From: Thermoplasmata archaeon
GTDB lineage: Archaea > Thermoplasmatota > Thermoplasmata > GCA-020350865
Assembly: GCA_020348445.1 (NCBI GenBank)
Contig: CP070751.1
Span: 4,217,086-4,281,085, forward strand
DNA: 64,000 nt
Direction: 5' to 3'
Shown: piece by piece, positions 56,895 to 64,000 of the stretch
Layout: each line of letters opens with the position of its first letter
Position numbering within the stretch: the stretch's first letter is position 1
Program-made: the position numbers and the translations under genes
The notes under the pieces: generated by a model
The model's database searches: none
Seen by the model: only the letters and a program-made list of their open reading frames with translations
What the model was told of the DNA's origin: nothing

Positions 56895-57509
56895 CTAATC
56901 GTTATTTTTTGCTAAAATCCAATAATGTTTCTCATCCTCTGAAAACCAATTGTATGAAGTAAACCATTCCTCAATTATACTGAAACCACTTTCTTCTATC
57001 AATTTTAAAGATGTTTTTGGATTATAATGACTCCAATACATTTCTTCCCCAAGAAATTCCCCTGTTTCTTCCAATTCCATTGAACCCATGGTCACTAATA
57101 AGATTCCTCCTGGTTTCAATATTTCATGAAACTGTTGAAATAATCCCCTATGTTTTTCTCTTGAAATGTGAATGATTACATATAATGAAATTAAACCATC
57201 AAAGAAATTATCTGGAAAATCCAAATCAATAATATTTTGTTTTATAAAAACTGCGTCAGGAACATTTTCTTTTGCCAATCTTAGCATTTCATCTGAAAAA
57301 TCTATGCCTATTACTTCATATCCATTTTCAATTAAATATCTTGTTGTTGGTAGACCAGTTCCACAACCAGCATCTAGAATTTTTCCCTTTTGAGGTATTA
57401 ACTCAGTAAATCTCTTAAGTTCATCAATGTTCTTAACCTTAAGGCGAGTATCCTGGTAACTTTTTCCGAGTCTGTTATAACTTTCTTGAACAATTCTTTC
57501 TTTATCCAA
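56895..57509 (-). CDS. Class I SAM-dependent methyltransferase
   Basis: ILDAGCGTG, GIDFSDEML; TTG start. Confidence 0.88.
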   Translation of the reverse strand: MDKERIVQESYNRLGKSYQDTRLKVKNIDELKRFTELIPQKGKILDAGCGTGLPTTRYLIENGYEVIGIDFSDEMLRLAKENVPDAVFIKQNIIDLDFPDNFFDGLISLYVIIHISREKHRGLFQQFHEILKPGGILLVTMGSMELEETGEFLGEEMYWSHYNPKTSLKLIEESGFSIIEEWFTSYNWFSEDEKHYWILAKNND

Positions 57510-57654
57510 TCAGACACACAGCCTATGACCTTATTTATTCGACTCCTTCAAACACCATCCCCAAAACCATTATTCCTTTTCAGAGATAAATTTTTTACCA
57601 CTCTGTCAGCGTGCTGGTTCCCCTTTGCTGTTCAAAGTGAATTCCACCTTATAC

Positions 57655-58863
57655 TTATTCAAAACTTGGTGGGGTCGTTGTTAATTTTGAAAGTGATCGT
57701 CTTGTACAGTATGGAACGAAACCTGCGTCGGGTGCCAAGTCTTCATAGACATCTTCTGCGTTTTCTAGTGCATATTCGCAGGCAAAAACGGGTATTCCCG
57801 CATCCCTATATGCAGGAAGCCAATTATTTAGAACATCATTATACCAATCAGCACCCAATTCTTCTTTGGCACTAACATCATAGCCGTTAGGATCATCCCA
57901 ACCTGAATCGCCGGTTCCTTCCCACCATACACCTTCTTCGGCAATGCCATCAATTACTGTAAATTTTCTTGGATCGCTACTATCGGCAAGATCTGGTGCA
58001 TTTTGCTGTATGATAATCCATTCGTCAGGATCTCTACCCATCTCTTGAAATCGCGTGCGCCCATATTCTCTCATTTCTTCTATGAAATCAAACATAGCCT
58101 CAACAGGATCTATGGCTGCTGTCTCTGCTGCTTCAATAACAGATTCGTCACTAAAAGCTTCCACCCAATCCAGATAAATGCCGTCAAAACCGTCATTAAT
58201 TACCTCATCCAGGATGCTGTTGTACCCTTCACCCCCATATTCATTGCCAGAAGGAACCTCTACATCGTTACCATCCCAAGTAAATCCACCATCAATGACA
58301 ATGTTCCTCCAATCTTCATGCCAGTATGCAACAGGAAAACATCCAACCCATTCGGGATCGTGAGTAATTATCCACGAAGGCCAATCGCTTGGCTTGCTTG
58401 TTTCCAAAGGATCCCAGTCGCTATCTACAGACCACTTCCAGTACCAACGCCAATCTTCAGCTTGACCGATGTCGATATAGGCAATAACGAGCTTCCGGTT
58501 GAACTCATTATTACCGGCCGAAGCTTTGAGTTTGGTTACCAGTTCCTTGGTTTTATATGAACGCGAATATTCCTCAGAAAAATCTGTCCGAGTTGGTTCG
58601 ATCACAAGCATCTCATAGCGGGACCGTTCCAATAGATCTTCATTTTCCTCCACATCCTGGATCACATAAGCCCAATAATCGATTTCATTTAAGGCTAGAG
58701 GACCAGCTGTCGCGGAAACAACATCAGGAAAAAGCGCATCTTCACTTTGATCTGGCACATTACCCTCATCATTGTTTCCTTCTTCTGATATACATCCACT
58801 ATTAATAACAAATGTAATTGCTAACAGATAGACCATCATTATCTTTAAATTATTATGTTTCAT
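57655..58863 (-). CDS. Lipoprotein, TM1410/MJ1477-like glycoside hydrolase (GH114/PelA-type endo-alpha-1,4-polygalactosaminidase-related)
   Basis: Lipobox-like NSGC; VIAYIDIGQAEDWRWYW; GFDGIYLDWVEAF; IIQQNA; GIAEE; VFACEY. Confidence 0.8.
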   Translation of the reverse strand: MKHNNLKIMMVYLLAITFVINSGCISEEGNNDEGNVPDQSEDALFPDVVSATAGPLALNEIDYWAYVIQDVEENEDLLERSRYEMLVIEPTRTDFSEEYSRSYKTKELVTKLKASAGNNEFNRKLVIAYIDIGQAEDWRWYWKWSVDSDWDPLETSKPSDWPSWIITHDPEWVGCFPVAYWHEDWRNIVIDGGFTWDGNDVEVPSGNEYGGEGYNSILDEVINDGFDGIYLDWVEAFSDESVIEAAETAAIDPVEAMFDFIEEMREYGRTRFQEMGRDPDEWIIIQQNAPDLADSSDPRKFTVIDGIAEEGVWWEGTGDSGWDDPNGYDVSAKEELGADWYNDVLNNWLPAYRDAGIPVFACEYALENAEDVYEDLAPDAGFVPYCTRRSLSKLTTTPPSFE

Positions 58864-59016
58864 GTTATCGCCCCTTAATTCTCCTCTTGATACAGATATT
58901 TTATTTTAGGAGGTCTCTTTCGACATTCTCGTACTGCTACAGATGATAAATTAGATATTTTTAACCTTTTGCTCCCTAATGATTATAGTGGTGAAAAAAA
59001 TTAACATAACCACCCA

Positions 59017-61347
59017 TTAAAAATTACTAACTTCCCAAACACAATTCTCTTTCACATAAAGCCAGTACCCTCTCCCGTTCCTCATATATGTCAAATCATT
59101 GAAATTTGTAGGTTTATCTATATGATAATGCTTCCATGGATCCACTTTATCCCATGAATCATACCCCTGAACAATTTCATATTTATGGGTTATATTGCCT
59201 AGACAATCATCAACCTCATGGACACTGAATAACGGATTCCCCACCAAATTCCAGCCTTTATACAATTGAATGGATGTACTGTTCGGAATGGTACCTGTCA
59301 CAGTCAATGTATCAGCGGTATTCATGAAAATCCAGAATCCCATGGTATGATTGATTGCATTCAAATCATCATTCGTAGAATGCCATCTCCCGATACTTGC
59401 ATTATACCACCAGACCACGTCCCAATTCCCTGAGATGGAGCTTAGAACGGAAGAGATATCGGTTGTGGATTGATTCAGAGGTAAGGATATCAGATTCCAG
59501 CCAAAAGATAACGGAATCTCGAAATACGGAGTGCCTAGGATAATGTTGATCTCTTTGCTCTCATCCATATTGACCTGGGCATAACCTATCAGTGTTTCAT
59601 TCCAGGCCGTGACATCATGGGGAGTGTAGTGGGTTCTCTCCCCTATCATATCCCCGTCGGTATCCTGCGCTGTGTATTCGGTTTGGACAAGCCAGCGAGC
59701 ATAACCTTCCGAGTCGGCTGAGTACTTCTGATCAGGTGAATAGCCCAGGTAGTCTTCTATCCAGATGGATGCATTTGGAATTGGATTAGCAAGTGTGTCA
59801 GTAACGTTTACATGTAGGAACCACTTAACCGTCAATTTCGAGTTTTCTTGGTTCAGCAATACCTTGTTCTGATCAAACGTCGTATTCAATGTCGTGATTT
59901 GGGATCCTTGTGCAATATCAAGGTGCGAAGAAGCTGAAGATGACATTGTACTGTTCTCAACAAAACCCGTACTTGCAGAAAGGGCTAAGATTCCTGCCAG
60001 GTCCCAATCCTCTATTGTCGAGCGATACATTTCAAAATCGGAGGAGTTGCTTTTAATTGCATAACTGAAATTCCTAATGGTTGTTCCGGTGATCTTGGCA
60101 TGGGAATTATCAAGCTCGATGCCGCAACCTGAATTTGTAAAGTTCTCAATCAAACCACCCTCTATTCTGAGATCAGCGCCGGCCTCGGCATAGATACCTT
60201 GTTCCTTGTTTGATGCTATGTAATTGTTCCGTACCAATGGATCCTCGCTTTTAACAAAGATTCCTATTGAATTGTTCAGGATATCGTTATTAAGGCTATC
60301 AAATTTACCAGGAGCACCTAAGTCGCAAATGACATATATACCTTCTTCTGAGTTATTACTTATATAATTTGCATCAAAAATATTGGTCGAGGTACTAGTG
60401 CAGTTGAATATACTGACACCTTTACCTAAGTTATTTGTGATGAAATTTCTTGTTGCATAAATAGCTGGTCTGAATCCAGTTATGGGATGAGGTGTTGCGT
60501 TAATCCCGTGCCTACCATTGTTCGATATCCGATTGTCTAAAAACCCGGATGCTTCTCCTTCTATCATTGCACCATCGATTTTATTGTTGGTTATAATGTT
60601 ATCCTCCAAAATAGCTCCTCCATGTCCAATTCCTGGCACTATTCCCAAATAAACCCCATATGTATTATTGAAAATCTCGTTGTTAAGTATTCGAGTACTT
60701 GAGGAGAGGGAATATACTCCATAGCTGCAGTTATACATATGATTAAAAACAACCATTGGGCTAGGATTCTTGACGTTATTAAGGTAGACACCGTAATTGG
60801 AATTGTGATGAATATCGCTTCCTCCAAGGGAAATTGAAGTCCCCTGTGGAATATTTTGTAAATATACTGCATCTGTTGCATATTCGATTTCACAGTTATA
60901 CAAATCTATCGCGCCCCCATCCACCAGGATTCTCTCCCAGTCACCCGGATTTTTAACTGTTAGGTTGGATGTGAATTTTATTTGAGAGGGTATTCCCATT
61001 GCAGTTAAATTTCCTTGAACTAATAAACCTGTTCCCTGGTCAAACCTTATTTCGCATCCATCTTCGATTGTGAGAGAGTATCCAGGTTCAATCCAATAGG
61101 TATCGCGGATAATGTGAGGGTTGTCCACGGCACCCCAAAGTACATGCTTGTTTGCAGAATCTCCGTCTCTATCATATGGAGCTCCATAGGCCTCCTCATC
61201 AGAAGTTCTTGCCCCTGGGCCAAAGGGGGGTTCTGCATGATAAAGCTCTCCAGCTACAGAAGGTGTCTTAACCTGAATCAGAATTACCAAGCCTGCAATA
61301 ACCATGAAACTTACAACAATTATGGATTTCATCCTCTTCAGGTTCAT
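59017..61347 (-). CDS. Secreted right-handed parallel beta-helix (NosD/pectin-lyase-like) protein with a GWNL-type C-terminal module
   Basis: Signal peptide; repeated I.NN.I.NN..G patterns; GWNLISLPL, GWNLVGNP, GRGYWLYV; likely start 61347. Confidence 0.8.
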   Translation of the reverse strand: MNLKRMKSIIVVSFMVIAGLVILIQVKTPSVAGELYHAEPPFGPGARTSDEEAYGAPYDRDGDSANKHVLWGAVDNPHIIRDTYWIEPGYSLTIEDGCEIRFDQGTGLLVQGNLTAMGIPSQIKFTSNLTVKNPGDWERILVDGGAIDLYNCEIEYATDAVYLQNIPQGTSISLGGSDIHHNSNYGVYLNNVKNPSPMVVFNHMYNCSYGVYSLSSSTRILNNEIFNNTYGVYLGIVPGIGHGGAILEDNIITNNKIDGAMIEGEASGFLDNRISNNGRHGINATPHPITGFRPAIYATRNFITNNLGKGVSIFNCTSTSTNIFDANYISNNSEEGIYVICDLGAPGKFDSLNNDILNNSIGIFVKSEDPLVRNNYIASNKEQGIYAEAGADLRIEGGLIENFTNSGCGIELDNSHAKITGTTIRNFSYAIKSNSSDFEMYRSTIEDWDLAGILALSASTGFVENSTMSSSASSHLDIAQGSQITTLNTTFDQNKVLLNQENSKLTVKWFLHVNVTDTLANPIPNASIWIEDYLGYSPDQKYSADSEGYARWLVQTEYTAQDTDGDMIGERTHYTPHDVTAWNETLIGYAQVNMDESKEINIILGTPYFEIPLSFGWNLISLPLNQSTTDISSVLSSISGNWDVVWWYNASIGRWHSTNDDLNAINHTMGFWIFMNTADTLTVTGTIPNSTSIQLYKGWNLVGNPLFSVHEVDDCLGNITHKYEIVQGYDSWDKVDPWKHYHIDKPTNFNDLTYMRNGRGYWLYVKENCVWEVSNF

Positions 61348-61507
61348 ATAGGCCCTCCTAAATTCCCAACCTTTCAAGAAAGGGTAAATGTTCTGGTATT
61401 ATACATGTAAAATAAATAATGAGGTATATAATGTTTTTAGCACATTTTTTGAATTGACATTTATTATTTATTGAGTATAATAGATACTTAGAATTCATGG
61501 AGGTTTG

Positions 61508-62335
61508 TCATTCTTGCTCTTTTTCTCTCTCCAAATGTTTCACAAGTGCAATAAAAATCACACTACTTATTGCGGCAATTATAGCAAAAACCACTGTCAT
61601 ACTCAGATCTCCTTCAAATCCCCTATAAATCGTTACTGCGATAATTCCTCCAATCGCAATTGACATTACTATGATAAAGACGATAAATGCTGGTGCAAGA
61701 ACGTATCCCAAGGCATGCCTTTTTCTAAGCAGCGCAGCAGAAATCATGACACCTGGTAATGCAAGAGCAAGATCCATTACATGGACGGGATTTACCAGCA
61801 TTTCGTACTCCTTTATAGGTTCAGGTGTTTTTCCATTAATTAATGCAGGTACAACATCGCTCAGCCAAATAAAATAAAAAAGCCCAGCCACCACAAATAA
61901 AAAATTTGATGTCATCTTTACTGGTGTCTTATCATCAAACCAACTTTTGATTTCCTGAGCATCCACAGATATAAGAAATCCTATCAATAAATAAAAGGAC
62001 AATCCCAGTATCGCACAATACACCAAAAACAACGCATTGAAGTGAACACCGAAACAATATACAGTATAAGAATAGACCGTATATATCATTGAACCAAGCC
62101 ATACAAATTGCCATAATCTTGATCCTCTTCGTATCAGAAAAGCCGCAACCAACAAAACCGGCATCACAACAAAAAGATTTATGATGTCCTGCCCAACTCC
62201 TTGAGCTGCATACTCAGGGGCTTCTTTTGAGTAAATATCTTCAACAAGTATACCTAAAATACTTGCTATCGCTATCAATACTGCCAACGGTAGTGTTAGA
62301 ATTACCATCTTTTTAAAATTAAATATATCTTCCAT
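61508..62335 (-). CDS. Multi-TM membrane protein
   Basis: About 7-8 TM helices; QGVGQDIINL, NPVHVMDLA; likely start 62335. Confidence 0.8.
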   Translation of the reverse strand: MEDIFNFKKMVILTLPLAVLIAIASILGILVEDIYSKEAPEYAAQGVGQDIINLFVVMPVLLVAAFLIRRGSRLWQFVWLGSMIYTVYSYTVYCFGVHFNALFLVYCAILGLSFYLLIGFLISVDAQEIKSWFDDKTPVKMTSNFLFVVAGLFYFIWLSDVVPALINGKTPEPIKEYEMLVNPVHVMDLALALPGVMISAALLRKRHALGYVLAPAFIVFIIVMSIAIGGIIAVTIYRGFEGDLSMTVVFAIIAAISSVIFIALVKHLEREKEQE

Positions 62336-62458
62336 GGATATCCACCAAATTCCATATTCGATGCCACACTTCGATTTGAACATAGCGTTTTGATACTCAT
62401 TTCTCTATCAATTTAGCAATTTCACATTACTTTTACTCAATATCGGAATTTCTTCTAA

Positions 62459-63313
62459 TCAATCCTCAATTACAACGGTTGTTATAACAGGTGGATCATC
62501 AGGCCAGTCGTTGGAATCCGTAGGTAGTGCTGCTATATCATCCACCACACTGAATCCTTCGATAACCCTACCGAAGACCACATAGGGGTAGGCATAACTG
62601 TCGAGATTGGTATTGTCCGCGAGATTGATAAAGAACTGACTTGAGCCAGTACCCGAGTCCGCTTCTGAATTGGGATCCCCTGATCGGGCCATTGAAATTG
62701 TATATCTCGAATTAAGAAGACCTGTGTTCTCCCAGGGAATGGAGTCTGCGGTCTTTTTGGTCTCATCGGATGTAAAGCCTCCGCCCTGGATAACGAAACC
62801 AGCAATTACTCTGTGGAAAATGATCCCATTGTAAAAATTACTATTGGCAAGATCAATGAAGTTCCCGGCAGTATCTGGTGCTTTTTCTGTATCAAGCTCT
62901 ATCTTAATGGTTCCAAGGGTAGTTGTCATGATTGCAATGGATTTATTAGTCTCTCCATTACCATTGTTTAGGATTTCACCATTTATCTCCCCGTTAGTTT
63001 CTTCTTTTGGTTCTCTATTTTGATCAAGGTTCTGATAAATGAGAGCACCCAAAAGAGATACAATAATTATCAATATAATTGCTGCTATTACCGCGTTTTT
63101 CCTGGAATCATACAATTTGTATCCCTTTTTCGCTGCTCTCTTTCCTACCTTCCGAGTTTTTTTCCTACCACGAGTCCCTGATGGTTTCTTGAGCCCTTCT
63201 TTTTTAAAGTCCTCCTTACTAAGCTCGCCATGCACCTTGTTAAAATGCCGTTCGAGATTCTCTTTGTTTACCTCTGCCCCACAAAATGGACATTTCTTTC
63301 TTCTTTTCGCCAA
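62459..63313 (-). CDS. Cyclophilin-type peptidyl-prolyl isomerase with N-terminal C2H2 finger, basic region and TM anchor
   Basis: CPFC...HFNKVH; TM; FYNGIIFHRVIAGFVIQGGG, ISMAR, SSQFFINL, VVFGRV; TTG start. Confidence 0.9.
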   Translation of the reverse strand: MAKRRKKCPFCGAEVNKENLERHFNKVHGELSKEDFKKEGLKKPSGTRGRKKTRKVGKRAAKKGYKLYDSRKNAVIAAIILIIIVSLLGALIYQNLDQNREPKEETNGEINGEILNNGNGETNKSIAIMTTTLGTIKIELDTEKAPDTAGNFIDLANSNFYNGIIFHRVIAGFVIQGGGFTSDETKKTADSIPWENTGLLNSRYTISMARSGDPNSEADSGTGSSQFFINLADNTNLDSYAYPYVVFGRVIEGFSVVDDIAALPTDSNDWPDDPPVITTVVIED

Positions 63314-63440
63314 ACTAGCACCTTTTATTTGCTTTTTTCGAAAAATGAGATTATTTTTTGCATATTTCTGATTTTCGCATCCTACAGGTTCTATAAAACT
63401 CCGCGGAAAACATGATACCTACATTGCCGGTTTTCCATAT

Positions 63441-63707
63441 CTACTCGAAGCGTGAGGCAGCCTTAATTCCAGCTAGGTTAATATCCTCCCCGTTCCCATT
63501 TAAAAATACTAAAGCCAGGACGATCATAAAAAGACCAATAATTGTGCTCATTGCATAGATTGGGATAAAAAAGTTCTTTAGCCATACGTAGATTAAAATA
63601 ATTCCAGTAATAATTAAAAAAGTATCAAATACAGCTATCCGGAGTTTGCTTTCTTCTATCCATGGGATTAGCCTCGAAAGAATAATAGCATCCGGTTCGA
63701 AATTCAT
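63441..63707 (-). CDS. Small two-TM membrane protein
   Basis: 88 aa; AGGAGG RBS upstream. Confidence 0.6.
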   Translation of the reverse strand: MNFEPDAIILSRLIPWIEESKLRIAVFDTFLIITGIILIYVWLKNFFIPIYAMSTIIGLFMIVLALVFLNGNGEDINLAGIKAASRFE

Positions 63708-64000
63708 ATTATCCTCCTGATGTACATATATCAGATTTCATCTACTTTTAATTTGCGGCCGCTTCCTCAGACTCCCTACTTAAAACCTTTTTTGTGCTAC
63801 ATCTCAGGCTGAAAGGGAAGAAAATCCCGGTAGCTATCGCAGATGAGTTCATAGCTAAGGCCAATTGTATAATCGATCAGCATTGATTAATCATTCTACA
63901 TAATCCTTATATTGATAGAAAACCATATGGGTTTGAATTTCGGAGCTCGTTTGTCGGTGGAGGGAGGACAAAATTGAAGTAAAGATCTTTTTCTGCAGAC

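Overview
Archaeal chromosomal window. Evidence: TFB, Gar1, RadB, the IPK-Fni-GGPP synthase lipid genes, BRE/TATA promoters, GGAGG/GGTGA ribosome-binding sites and BHB tRNA introns. It is probably an uncultured Thermoplasmata lineage (inference from gene style, not a database result). Housekeeping genes alternate with many secreted or surface-protein genes. Main observations: (1) A 10-gene minus-strand redox operon (26850-34668) with three Tat-signal Fe-S proteins, an HdrC/HdrB-like pair, a Cys-rich small membrane protein, an internally duplicated transporter with Cys motifs, two unannotated 50/54-aa membrane microproteins, and a NapH/MauN-like membrane polyferredoxin fused to a GltD/SudA-type NAD(P)H flavoprotein. 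It has no recognisable catalytic subunit and is the best candidate for an undescribed system. (2) A tRNA-Leu(UAG) with a non-canonical D-loop intron. Its 5' end is duplicated 149 bp upstream and its 3' end is duplicated 3.7 kb downstream as an att-like repeat. (3) The island between tRNA and att copy carries an internally deleted IS110 that retains a long structured non-coding left end (candidate bridge RNA), a Schlafen/AlbA_2 protein and a pRiA4b-ORF3-like protein. (4) A tandem pair of effector-less STAND-TPR ATPases. (5) Surface proteins sharing a constant C-terminal module, and a 2210-aa repetitive Ig/FN3-like surface protein. (6) An intron-containing tRNA-Asp(GUC). Family assignments come from motif recognition by eye; no searches were run.
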